64,000 bases of DNA from Candidatus Woesearchaeota archaeon (GTDB lineage: Archaea; Nanobdellota; Nanobdellia; Woesearchaeales; UBA583), in contig OZ242164.1 in NCBI GenBank assembly GCA_965205335.1, forward strand, positions 480,001 through 544,000, written 5' to 3'. Under the pieces are notes generated by a model. It had not been told where the DNA came from. It did not search any database and was given only the letters and a program-made list of their open reading frames with translations. How positions within the stretch are numbered: position 1 is the first letter of the stretch; every line of letters begins with the position of its first letter. Made by a program: the position numbers and the translations under genes. Positions 47,926 through 57,758 of the stretch are shown here, in pieces.

Positions 47926-50463
47926 GTGGCATCGGAAAACAAAACAGTCAGAGCAGAAGAAAAGTCAAGAAGAGATGGATTCTTTCGAAAAATGGAACAA
48001 ATGTTTGAGCATAAAAGTAAATTATCAAAGTTAGTTGATTCTAAGATAATTGATAGTTATAAGGAAACTTATTTTTATCTTTTTGAAAAGATAGAATCAG
48101 GAGAACTTCCAACTTTAGATGATTATTTTGGAGGCAATATTCTTGCTTCAAATATTTATGAGAGAAAATATTTTTTAAAAGAATTGGATAATCCCAGTAA
48201 TACTATTGAAGAAAAAGCAGAGGATGTTTATATGAGACTTGCGGCGTATATGGCGGCGGTTGAGAAAACCCAGAGCAAAAGAGAGGAGTTTGCCCAGAGA
48301 TATTATATGGATTTGTTTGAAGGGTATTATCTCTCTGGTGGGCGTGTGATTGCTGGCGCGGGGGATTTATATAGGCTTAAAACACTTTCTAATTGTTTTG
48401 TTTCTTTAATTGAAGAAGATAGTTTGGAAGGCATTTATAAAGCTGCTTATGAGGCGGCAAGGACATATTCTTTTGGAGGGGGAATTGGAATTGATATATC
48501 TCAGTTAAGGCCTAGAGATTCAAAGGTTCATAATGCCGCTGATAGTTCAACAGGAGCTGTGTCTTTTATGGAGTTATATTCTCTTACAACTGGTTTAATT
48601 GGGCAGTCAGGCAGGCGTGGAGCTCTTATGCTAACTATTGATGTAAAGCATCCCGATGTTTTAGACTTTGTAAATGTTAAAAAAGAATCGAATTGGGTTA
48701 CGAGTACTATTATGGATAGGTTGCGTATGTCAAATCAGTTTTCAGAGAAGCAACTTGAGGAAGCTAAAAAGAATATTATTGAAAATACTCAGGTTAGGTT
48801 TGCGAATATTTCAATCAAAGTATCTGATGAGTTTTTGCAAGCAGTTGAGGAACAGAATCTTTATGGGAAAGATAAAATTCTTGTGTATAAAAAACATGAG
48901 AAAGGAGGAGCAGTTAAAGGTAAGTCTTCTGATGATTATAATTATTCGTACGGTATTTCGGATAAGGATTTGTCAAAGTATGAGTTAGTTGAGAAGTTTA
49001 ATACTATTGATGAACTGAATGTTTATCTTGTTGAAAAGGATTTTAAGCAGATTAAAAGAGATAGTCTTGATGATGTGGGAAATAGAGATTTTTATGGGGA
49101 TTATGTAGTTTCGTCAGAGAAGGAGGATTATAATTTGGCAATTAGGTATTCAGGGGATTTTATGACATATTATAGTGGAGCAAGTGTTGGGGAGATAAAG
49201 CATTTGTATAAGGCAAGGGATATATGGAATAGGTTTATTGAAGGGAATTATACAACAGCAGAACCAGGATTGATTTTCTGGTCGGAAATGGTTAAGTATT
49301 CACCATCTAATTATGTAGGAAGAAATATTGCATCTACTAATCCATGTGGGGAAGTTCCTCTTGAGGATGGAGGTGCTTGTAATCTTGGGAGTATTAATTT
49401 ATCCCGGATGGTTAGAAACGGATACACATCTGAGGCTAAGGTTGATTGGGATTTGATATCACAAACAACAGAGAATTTAACAAGGTTTTTAGATAGTGTT
49501 GTGTGGTGGAATGAAACGTTAAATTCTTTGGATAAGCAAAGAGTTTCAGCAAGTGAGACAAGAAGGTTAGGTCTTGGTGTTATGGGAATTGCTGATATGT
49601 TTAATCAGTTAGGAATAGGGTATGATAGTAAGGAGGCCCTTGAATTACTTGAGAAGGTTATGAATCAGATTGCTCAGGTTTCGTATAAGACATCTGCAAA
49701 ACTTGCAGAGGAGAAGGGAGTATGTCCTTGTTATGATTGGGAGAGTTATAGCAAGAATCCATTTTTAAAAGAAGTAATTGATGGTGAGATTGTAGGTATG
49801 ATTAAGAAGAACGGGATTAGAAATATTGCGATATTGTCAATTGCCCCAACAGGAACTATTTCGAATGCTATTTGTGGTTTTAGAACTCCGCAAAAGAATT
49901 ATATTGGTGTGTCAGGAGGCATTGAACCAGTTTTTGCTTTATCTTATAAAAGACGTTCAGAGCAGATGAATCAAGGGGCTGTGTATAATGTTTTTCATAA
50001 TACGGTTCAGGCATATATTGATGTTAAGGGTTTGACTAAGAAGGCTCATGGTGCAAGTGATGAAGAACTTAGAGAGATTTTGCCGGAGTATTTTTTTAGA
50101 ACTGCCCATAATATTTCACCAAGTATGAGAGTTAAGATTCAGGGGATTGCCCAGAGATATATTGATCATAGCATATCATCAACAGTTAATCTGCCTGAGG
50201 ATATAGAACCTGAAACAATTTCAGAGATTTATTTAAAGGCATGGAAGAATAATCTTAAAGGAATTACTGTCTATAGAGATGGCAGTCGGTATCCGATTCT
50301 AAGTGTTGAAAGTAAAGAGACTAAATTTCAGAAGTTTAAAGATAAGAAATTTAGAGTTAGAGATGGAGATAAGGAAAAGGTAGTTTATGGAAATGAGATT
50401 CTTGTTACAAGTTCGGGAAGACTAACAACAGTATACCATGGAAAACTGGAGGGGATTTTCTAA
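47926..50463 (+). CDS. nrdJ: Class II (B12-dependent) ribonucleotide reductase, large part
   Basis: SNCF, GGGIG, RRGA, TNPCGE, ACNLGS, RRLGLG, IAPTGT, KGIT.YRDG; GTG start. Confidence 0.93.
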   Translation: MASENKTVRAEEKSRRDGFFRKMEQMFEHKSKLSKLVDSKIIDSYKETYFYLFEKIESGELPTLDDYFGGNILASNIYERKYFLKELDNPSNTIEEKAEDVYMRLAAYMAAVEKTQSKREEFAQRYYMDLFEGYYLSGGRVIAGAGDLYRLKTLSNCFVSLIEEDSLEGIYKAAYEAARTYSFGGGIGIDISQLRPRDSKVHNAADSSTGAVSFMELYSLTTGLIGQSGRRGALMLTIDVKHPDVLDFVNVKKESNWVTSTIMDRLRMSNQFSEKQLEEAKKNIIENTQVRFANISIKVSDEFLQAVEEQNLYGKDKILVYKKHEKGGAVKGKSSDDYNYSYGISDKDLSKYELVEKFNTIDELNVYLVEKDFKQIKRDSLDDVGNRDFYGDYVVSSEKEDYNLAIRYSGDFMTYYSGASVGEIKHLYKARDIWNRFIEGNYTTAEPGLIFWSEMVKYSPSNYVGRNIASTNPCGEVPLEDGGACNLGSINLSRMVRNGYTSEAKVDWDLISQTTENLTRFLDSVVWWNETLNSLDKQRVSASETRRLGLGVMGIADMFNQLGIGYDSKEALELLEKVMNQIAQVSYKTSAKLAEEKGVCPCYDWESYSKNPFLKEVIDGEIVGMIKKNGIRNIAILSIAPTGTISNAICGFRTPQKNYIGVSGGIEPVFALSYKRRSEQMNQGAVYNVFHNTVQAYIDVKGLTKKAHGASDEELREILPEYFFRTAHNISPSMRVKIQGIAQRYIDHSISSTVNLPEDIEPETISEIYLKAWKNNLKGITVYRDGSRYPILSVESKETKFQKFKDKKFRVRDGDKEKVVYGNEILVTSSGRLTTVYHGKLEGIF

Positions 50464-50472
50464 GGAGGATTT

Positions 50473-51162
50473 ATGATGGAAGTTTTAAATACAACAGATA
50501 TATCAGTTGAGGAGTTAGTTGAGACTCCTGAAGAGATTCTTGAAGTGGATGAGAGTGGTAATGCTGTCGGGATACCAGTTTCTAAATCTGGCACTAAGAA
50601 GGGGATAAGAGAAGTTCCAAAGGAGGAAAGGTTAAAAAGGCCTGATATGGTTGAAGCTAAGGTTTACAAGTTAAAGAGCAGATTTGTAAATGAGAATCTT
50701 TATATTACTCTTAGTTATATAAAAGATGAGAAGGGAAATCCAAGACCTATTGAGGTTTTTATTAATTCAAAGGATCTTTCCAGATTGCCAGAGTATACAG
50801 TGCTTACTCGTTTGATTAGTGCAATTTTTAGGAATTTTTCAAATCCAAGTTTTATTTTGGAGGAACTTTCAAGTATTTATGATCCTAATGGGGGGTATTT
50901 CTCAAAGGGAAAATATATTTATTCTTTTTATAGTGAGATTGCAGTAATTATTGAGAGGTTCTTTATTGATATTGGGTTTATGAAGGGAAAGGATGAGGAT
51001 TTGGATAATTGGCTTGAAAATGCAAAGAAGTTAAATCCCCAATATGAGATTGATGAGAATAATTTTAAGATTTGTCCACAGTGCAACCAGAAATCATTGC
51101 AACTTGATGGAGGATGTCTGCAGTGCATTAATCCTAAGTGCGGTTATTCAAAGTGTAATTAG
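50473..51162 (+). CDS. NrdJ C-terminal part (TSCPD/NrdJb-like) with Cys-rich end
   Basis: LYIT...P.EVFINSK; terminal CPQC...GGC..C...CGYSKC. Confidence 0.85.
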   Translation: MMEVLNTTDISVEELVETPEEILEVDESGNAVGIPVSKSGTKKGIREVPKEERLKRPDMVEAKVYKLKSRFVNENLYITLSYIKDEKGNPRPIEVFINSKDLSRLPEYTVLTRLISAIFRNFSNPSFILEELSSIYDPNGGYFSKGKYIYSFYSEIAVIIERFFIDIGFMKGKDEDLDNWLENAKKLNPQYEIDENNFKICPQCNQKSLQLDGGCLQCINPKCGYSKCN

Positions 51163-51226
51163 AAATTGTTAAGAAAAGGAGTAAGTTTGGTTAGTATGGG
51201 TTTGATGGTTTTAGTAGGTGCTTTAG

Positions 51227-51586
51227 ATGGTAAGTAAACAAATTGAGCAAGTTAGAGAATTTCATAAGAAGTTTAAAGTTCCAGTTTTGAGTTCTTTTAG
51301 AAATATTCCCAAGGACAGGTTTACTCTTAGGTATAATTTGCTTAAAGAGGAGAATGAAGAGTATCTTAAAGCATGTGCTGATAATAATAAGATTGAAATT
51401 GCTGATTCTCTGTGTGATATGCTGTATGTTTTGTGTGGGACTATGCTTGAGCACGGGTTTTCCCAAAGGCTTGATGAGGTTTTTGATGAGATTCATAAGA
51501 GTAATATGTCAAAGGATTATGGAGATGGTAAGATGATAAAGGGCAAGAATTTTAAACTTCCTGATTTGTCTAAAGTTATCAAATGA
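51227..51586 (+). CDS. MazG-like all-alpha NTP pyrophosphohydrolase
   Basis: VREFH..F, LLKEENEE, EIADSLCD..YV, EIH.SNMSK, GK..KG. Confidence 0.88.
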   Translation: MVSKQIEQVREFHKKFKVPVLSSFRNIPKDRFTLRYNLLKEENEEYLKACADNNKIEIADSLCDMLYVLCGTMLEHGFSQRLDEVFDEIHKSNMSKDYGDGKMIKGKNFKLPDLSKVIK

Positions 51587-51656
51587 AATTTTTACAGTGA
51601 ATTTACATTAATTAACACTTAAATATTTAAATTCTTTATTATAATTAAATTACATA

Positions 51657-51959
51657 ATGGCAGATGATAAAGAAAAGTTCTCTTTAAAAAATATAGAAAA
51701 ACATCTTAAAACCATTAGCAAGAATACTAGGGAAATGAGTGAAATTTCTAAGGAAACTAAAAATGCTTTAAATAAATTATCTAAATCTAATGAGAAAGTT
51801 GGTATGGTGATGCTTTTTCTTACTTTTATGTTATTTTATGTTGGTGTCCATCAAATCTTTTCAGTTATCTTTCATGAGAGTATATTTCGGGTGATTACTT
51901 ATTCTGTTATTTCAACACTAATTATTTTTTATGCTGTTTATCGTTTATGTATAGATTAG
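51657..51959 (+). CDS. Small membrane protein (coiled coil plus two TM helices)
   Basis: ORF composition; TATA ~30 nt upstream. Confidence 0.65.
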   Translation: MADDKEKFSLKNIEKHLKTISKNTREMSEISKETKNALNKLSKSNEKVGMVMLFLTFMLFYVGVHQIFSVIFHESIFRVITYSVISTLIIFYAVYRLCID

Positions 51960-51970
51960 ATTGTAGTTCT

Positions 51971-52615
51971 CTATTTTCTTTTTCTGTTTCCGAATTTTTC
52001 AAAGTAGATTCTATCAGGAGTGGGAAGTTTTATAACTTCTGGGTTTTCCATAGGAAATCCTATTGGAATAATTGCATCTATAACCTGCATATGAGGCACA
52101 TTTAAAATATTATTTAAAACTTTTGACTCGCAAGACTCAACCCAACATGCTCCAAAGTCATGGAAATGAGCAAGCATTAAGACATTTTGAATTACAGCAG
52201 CGGCATTTTGAATTGAATATTTATGTCCATGTCCTGGATACAACTCAACTAATTTAGATTCATCACGAACAATGGCTAAGAGTATTGGAGCATCTGCAAC
52301 CCAATACTGCTGGTTTTCTGCTCTTGCAATTTCATTAATTGTGTTAACATCTTTAATAATTATAATTTTTGTGTTTTGTATATTCCCCGCACATGGAGCA
52401 TTTAAAGCGGCATCAATAATCTCGTAAGTGCATTTCCAATCTATCTCTTTTTGAGAGTACTTTCTTATACTTCTTCTTGTTTTAAATTTACCAATCACAT
52501 ACTCCCAACTCCGTTCCAAATGCTTTGGCATCTTCGTAGGTTCTTCACCTTCCTGAGGAGAATAATAACTATCTTTCTCCATTCTTCCCATAAATTTTTT
52601 TAGAGCCTCTTTCAT
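51971..52615 (-). CDS. Nitroreductase-family protein
   Basis: RRSIRKY, APCAGN.Q, QN..L.A...G.CWV. Confidence 0.9.
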   Translation of the reverse strand: MKEALKKFMGRMEKDSYYSPQEGEEPTKMPKHLERSWEYVIGKFKTRRSIRKYSQKEIDWKCTYEIIDAALNAPCAGNIQNTKIIIIKDVNTINEIARAENQQYWVADAPILLAIVRDESKLVELYPGHGHKYSIQNAAAVIQNVLMLAHFHDFGACWVESCESKVLNNILNVPHMQVIDAIIPIGFPMENPEVIKLPTPDRIYFEKFGNRKRK

Positions 52616-52738
52616 AATACTTACAAAATATAAATACTTATAAAGGTTATTGTTTGCATCTTCAGTGATTTATTAGAGAAACTAATTCCTATCATACATG
52701 AAAAAAGTTAATTAATATAACAACAAAGAACATACAAA

Positions 52739-55237
52739 TTATAGAAATGTATCAAGCCCTTTACTACCAACCATTTTCTTCTCAGTCTTAGTGGGGGATT
52801 TCTTTATAATTTCTTTAAATTCCTTCTTAATTCTTATCTCTTCCTTATCTTCAATATTCTGCTGTACTTCTTTAGCCCTATCTAAAACTCTTGTGGGAAG
52901 TCCTGCAAGTTTTCCGACATATATACCATATGATTTGTCAGTTCCACCTTTTACAATTTTTCTTATAAATTCCACTTTCTCCCCCTCCTCACGAACCATC
53001 ACATTATAATTCTCAATTGTATCATAGAAAGATGCCAATTCATTTAACTGGTGGTAATGTGTTGCAAATATTGAATTTGATTTTTTGGAATTTAAATCTT
53101 CAACAACGGCCCATGCAATGGCTAATCCGTCATATGTTGAAGTTCCTCTTCCAATTTCATCTAAAAGAACAAGAGAATTTTGAGTAGCATTATTTAATAT
53201 ATTTGCCGTCTCACTCATCTCAATCATAAAAGTTGATTGTCCTTCAGATAATTCATCATGTGCTCCAATTCTTGTAAAGACTCTGTCGTAAACCCTAAGA
53301 GTTGCAGATTCTGCAGGGACAAAAGAACCAATCTGAGCCATAATTGAAATTAATCCAATAAGCCTTAGATATGTTGATTTTCCTGAGGCGTTAGGACCTG
53401 TTACAACCTTAAAAGTTTCAGATTCATTGAAAATTACATCATTTGGAATAAACTCTGATACAAATTTTTCAACAATTGGATTTCTTCCGGAGATTATTTT
53501 TGTTTCATTTTCACTAAACTTAGCTCTGCAATAATTATTCAACTGAGAATTTAATGAGTGGTTTGTCAGAACATCTAAAAGAGCTACCTTTTGTGATATC
53601 TCCTGAAATTTTTTTGTGTAAGGTTTTAACTTATTTATTAAGTCCATAAATAATTGTTTTTCCAAATTTTTTATTTTATCCTCAGCATTAAGAATCTGAT
53701 TTTCTTTCTCTTTGAGTTCGGGTTTTATGTATCTGATTGCATTAACGAGGGTTTGTCTTATCTCATAATCAGGGGGAACTTTTTTCTCATGTTGTTTTGG
53801 AATCTCAATATAATAACCAAAAATTTTATTGTATTTTATTTTAAGAGAATTTATTTTAGTTCTTGATTTTTCGCTAAATTCGAGTTCTTTTATGAAATCT
53901 TTTGAATTGAATGCTATGTCGCAAAATTCTTTTAGTGTTTTGTTGTAATCTTGTTTTATATATCCAATATCTCTTGTGTGTGATGGAGCATCTTCAACTA
54001 TTGCTCTGTCAATTTCTTTGGTTACTTCTGAGAGTGTGTCAATTTTTTTAATGTCTTTTAGAAGTTCTGTCTGCACCATATCTAATGTTTGTTTTATTAT
54101 TGGGATTTTCTCTAATGAATATTTTAGTGCAACTAAATCTTTAGGAGAAGCAATTGCTGAATTGATTCTTGATGTGATTCTTTCAATGTCGTAGAATTCT
54201 CTGAGGTTTTCGCGCATATCATTTCTTTGTATTATTAATTCATTTAGTTCTTCTACTGCATCTAATCTTTTATTGATTTCTTTTGCATTAATTAATGGAG
54301 AGGTTAAATGTTTTTTTAGAAGCCTTGCTCCTAATGGAGTTTTTGTGTTATTTAAAATACCAAGAAGAGTTTTTGATTTGTCTTCTGTATATAAACTGTA
54401 GGTTATTTCTAAGTTTCTTAGGCATATTGAGTCAAGAACCATTGAGGAATTTAGGTTAATGTATTTGATTTTGTTTATGTGTTTTAGGTGTAGTTTTTGA
54501 AGTTTGTAAATATAGAAGAGAAGAGCTCCTGATGAGATTACTGAGAAATTTCTTGATTCAAGACCTAATTCATTTGGTGTTAATTCAAATTGTTTCTTTA
54601 GTATTTTGTTTGCATAGTTTATATTAAATCTTATGTCTGATAGGTAATTAAAGTATATGTTTGAGTTTTGCATGAATTCTTTTAGTTTTCTTTGAATGTT
54701 TGATTCATTTAGAACTATTTCATTAGGGGAATACTTTCTGATGATTGTTTTGACATCATCAAGACTTCTGACTTCTGTTGTAATGAATTCTCCTGTTGTT
54801 ATATCAACTATTGATATTCCATATTTCTGGGATATGTCTTTTGGGGAGTAAATGCACATTATAAAATTGTTTTCGTATGATTTTAAGTACTCTTCTTCAA
54901 GTATTGTTCCAGGAGTTATTATTCTTGTAATTCCTCTTTTGACTAATCCTTTTGTCAGAGAAGGATCTTCTAACTGTTCACATATTGCAACTTTGAAGTT
55001 ATTCTGGACAAGTTTTTTTATGTAAGGTATGATGGAATGATGTGGAACTCCTGCCATAGGCGTTTTTCCTCTCTTTGTCAGAGTAATTTGCAGAACTTGA
55101 GCGCAGGTTTTAGCATCATCATAGAATGTCTCGTAGAAGTCTCCCGCTCTAAATAATAAAATGCAATCACTATGCTGGGTTTTTAGTTCAAGAAACTGTT
55201 TCATCATCGGGGTTACTTTCTCTTCATCTTCTTTCAT
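52739..55237 (-). CDS. mutS: DNA mismatch repair protein MutS (MutS1)
   Basis: TPMM.Q, GDFYETF, TGPNASGKST, STFM.EM, DEIGRGTST, FATHY, SYGI.V..LAG. Confidence 0.97.
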   Translation of the reverse strand: MKEDEEKVTPMMKQFLELKTQHSDCILLFRAGDFYETFYDDAKTCAQVLQITLTKRGKTPMAGVPHHSIIPYIKKLVQNNFKVAICEQLEDPSLTKGLVKRGITRIITPGTILEEEYLKSYENNFIMCIYSPKDISQKYGISIVDITTGEFITTEVRSLDDVKTIIRKYSPNEIVLNESNIQRKLKEFMQNSNIYFNYLSDIRFNINYANKILKKQFELTPNELGLESRNFSVISSGALLFYIYKLQKLHLKHINKIKYINLNSSMVLDSICLRNLEITYSLYTEDKSKTLLGILNNTKTPLGARLLKKHLTSPLINAKEINKRLDAVEELNELIIQRNDMRENLREFYDIERITSRINSAIASPKDLVALKYSLEKIPIIKQTLDMVQTELLKDIKKIDTLSEVTKEIDRAIVEDAPSHTRDIGYIKQDYNKTLKEFCDIAFNSKDFIKELEFSEKSRTKINSLKIKYNKIFGYYIEIPKQHEKKVPPDYEIRQTLVNAIRYIKPELKEKENQILNAEDKIKNLEKQLFMDLINKLKPYTKKFQEISQKVALLDVLTNHSLNSQLNNYCRAKFSENETKIISGRNPIVEKFVSEFIPNDVIFNESETFKVVTGPNASGKSTYLRLIGLISIMAQIGSFVPAESATLRVYDRVFTRIGAHDELSEGQSTFMIEMSETANILNNATQNSLVLLDEIGRGTSTYDGLAIAWAVVEDLNSKKSNSIFATHYHQLNELASFYDTIENYNVMVREEGEKVEFIRKIVKGGTDKSYGIYVGKLAGLPTRVLDRAKEVQQNIEDKEEIRIKKEFKEIIKKSPTKTEKKMVGSKGLDTFL

Positions 55238-55570
55238 AAAAATAAGCGAAGTTTTATTTTTTATAAAAGTTGTGTAAGGATTTTAAAATCTTATCTATTA
55301 ATGGGTTATAATAACATTTTAACTAATAGAAGGGAAAAATATTATCTAAAAGATCAGTATCTAACCTTTAATTTCAGAAGTGTTAAAATAATTAAGAAAA
55401 TATGTCAGGTATTTATAAAGAATTTTAAAAACAAATTATTAAATAGAATTTAAATGACAGAAGATATTTTCACCTCTTTTCAGAGAAAACGTTATTTTTA
55501 ATACTCATAAAATTCAGAAAATGTATGAAACTTCTAAGCAGAGGTTTTTTTAATAAAGAGGTTATAAAAA

Positions 55571-56644
55571 ATGGATTTTTTAGTTAAGGATGCGTTGCAG
55601 AATATGTCCGAAGATAATTTAGATCAATTTGAGGTAGGACAGGCAAGGATGGTAGTAGTAGGCTGTGGTGGTGCTGGTCAGAATATGGTAGACTGGCTAT
55701 ATGCGAAGGGAATCACAGGAGCTGAAATAGTTGCAATTAATACAGATCTTCAGGATTTAAAATTGAAGAATGCAGACAAGAAAATTCTCGTAGGTAAGGA
55801 AGTTACGAGGGGTTTAGGTGCTGGTGGAAATCCTCAGAGAGGGATGGAAGCCGCAAAGGAATCTGTTTCGGAAATTAAAGAAGTAATTAAAGGTGCTGAT
55901 ATAGTGTTTGTATGTGCTGGTATGGGTGGAGGAACTGGAACTGGTGTTGCTCCATTTGTCGCAAAGGTTGCAAGGGATATGGGAGCTATTGTAATTGGTG
56001 TAGTTACGATGCCTTTTAATATTGAGAGAGCAAGAATTGATAAAGCAGAGTTTGGTTTGCAACAGTTGAGAAGTTCAACAGATACAGTTGTTGTAATAGA
56101 TAATAATAGGCTTGTAAAGATTGCAGGCAATCTGCCTGTTAAACAGGCTTTTGCTGTTGCCAATGAGTTAATTTCTGTTATGATTAAGGGAATCGTTGAG
56201 ATTATTTCATGTCCTTCACTTGTAAATTTGGACTTTGCGGATGTGAAAGCAATTATGAGTTCAGGCGGGGTTGCAACAGTTGGTATGGGAACTTCTGATA
56301 CCGCAAACAGGGTTGAGGAATCTGTTCAAGAAGCCCTGTCAAATCCTCTGCTTGATATTGACTATAATGGAGCAACAGGAGCTCTTATCCATGTGACTGG
56401 TGGCAATGATATGACTCTTGAAGAAATTGATAGGGTTGGAAGTTTAGTTACCCAATCACTTCACACAGATGCTAATGTTATATGGGGAGCAAGAGTTGAG
56501 GAATCCCACTCAAAGAGAATTACTATTATGACAATTATGACAGGTGTTTCCTCGCCTCATATTTTAGGTAACGAAACAAAAGAAGAAAAAATGGAATCCG
56601 GGCAGAAGGTCTCACGCGATTTAGGCATCTCAAGTGTTTATTAG
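55571..56644 (+). CDS. ftsZ: Cell division protein FtsZ
   Basis: GCGGAG.N, GMGGGTGTG, NLDFADV. Confidence 0.98.
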   Translation: MDFLVKDALQNMSEDNLDQFEVGQARMVVVGCGGAGQNMVDWLYAKGITGAEIVAINTDLQDLKLKNADKKILVGKEVTRGLGAGGNPQRGMEAAKESVSEIKEVIKGADIVFVCAGMGGGTGTGVAPFVAKVARDMGAIVIGVVTMPFNIERARIDKAEFGLQQLRSSTDTVVVIDNNRLVKIAGNLPVKQAFAVANELISVMIKGIVEIISCPSLVNLDFADVKAIMSSGGVATVGMGTSDTANRVEESVQEALSNPLLDIDYNGATGALIHVTGGNDMTLEEIDRVGSLVTQSLHTDANVIWGARVEESHSKRITIMTIMTGVSSPHILGNETKEEKMESGQKVSRDLGISSVY

Positions 56645-56767
56645 ATATTTAAACACTTTCTTATTCTTGATGAATTCTGATTGATTTTCATATTTTTTGA
56701 CATTGTAGTAAGTAAATTTTTTCGTTTTGGTTTTACATAAAATTTGGTCTTTTGTGTTTTATAATAG

Positions 56768-57709
56768 TGTGTAGTGCCATGACATATGTCACCAGTCTAA
56801 AAGTTAACAATTCTTGTTAACTTTATGAAAAAAGACAAAGTTAGGAAAGTTTTCATAAAACTAAGAGTTAAACAAAACTCTTATTCAAAATGCAAGAAAA
56901 TACTTGCAGAGGAGTGCAAATACTTTGTAAGTATTCGTACTTTAAAACGTTGGCAACACCGTTTTGAGAAAGAAATATGGGATTATCAAGATAAGTCTAC
57001 AAGACCAAACAAGATTTATTACAAAGTTACTTTAGAAGATGAGAAAGCAATTTTAAATCTTCGATATAAAACAGGTTGGGGATCTAAAAAGCTTCATAAC
57101 TTCCTGCCTATTCTGGATATTTCAGAGAGAACCATTAATAGAGTTCTTAGAAAGAATCATTTAACTCGTAAAGAGGGAAATAGAGGGTCTCGGATTAAAT
57201 ACGTTCGTTTCGAACGTAAACACTCAAATTCACTTTGGCACATTGATGACAGTGAATTTGGTGAAAAAGGTAAAATAATTGCGGTCATTGATGATGCCAC
57301 TCGTTATTGTTTAGGTATTTTACATGTTCCAACTGTTACAACACCAATTGTAACACAATTTCTTGATAATTTAATCAAGAAATTTGGAAATCCTACTCAA
57401 ATAATCAGTGATAATGGAGCACCATATGGACTTAGAAGTAAGAAGTCTAAGTTCGATAAATGGTGTCAAAGAAGAAGGATTAAGCACATTAGAACTAAAG
57501 TTAACCGTCCTCAAACAAACGGAAAAGTGGAACGTTTGTTTGGAACAATTGACAGGGAAATTGGGTATTGCAACAATGATCTAGAGTTATTTAGGTATAG
57601 ATATAATGTTTTTAGACCTCATCAGAGCTTATTTAGTCAAACTCCTTCTTATGAGTTTGACAACTTTCAGAGAAAGTTGAGGTGGTGACATATGTCATGG
57701 CACTACACA
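56768..57709 (+). mobile_element. IS481-family element, copy B (942 bp)
   Basis: Perfect 27-bp TIR TGTGTAGTGCCATGACATATGTCACCA; inverted relative to copy A. Confidence 0.95.
56825..57688 (+). CDS. IS481-family DDE transposase
   Basis: Highly similar to 29884-30747 with the same DDE motifs. Confidence 0.95.
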   Translation: MKKDKVRKVFIKLRVKQNSYSKCKKILAEECKYFVSIRTLKRWQHRFEKEIWDYQDKSTRPNKIYYKVTLEDEKAILNLRYKTGWGSKKLHNFLPILDISERTINRVLRKNHLTRKEGNRGSRIKYVRFERKHSNSLWHIDDSEFGEKGKIIAVIDDATRYCLGILHVPTVTTPIVTQFLDNLIKKFGNPTQIISDNGAPYGLRSKKSKFDKWCQRRRIKHIRTKVNRPQTNGKVERLFGTIDREIGYCNNDLELFRYRYNVFRPHQSLFSQTPSYEFDNFQRKLRW

Positions 57710-57729
57710 AGAACCTGTTGCTAATAAAC

Positions 57730-57737
57730 TTTATAAA
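57730..57737 (+). promoter_or_regulatory. TATA box TTTATAAA of the DsbA-like gene, 20 nt from the right end of IS481 copy B
   Basis: 29 nt upstream of ATG at 57759. Confidence 0.8.
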
Positions 57738-57758
57738 TATATTAAATTGTCATTTCTT

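Noticed and set aside
47926-50463. Intein in NrdJ
   Set aside because: No C/S...HN-C/S/T splice junctions or LAGLIDADG motifs seen; NPCGE is uninterrupted
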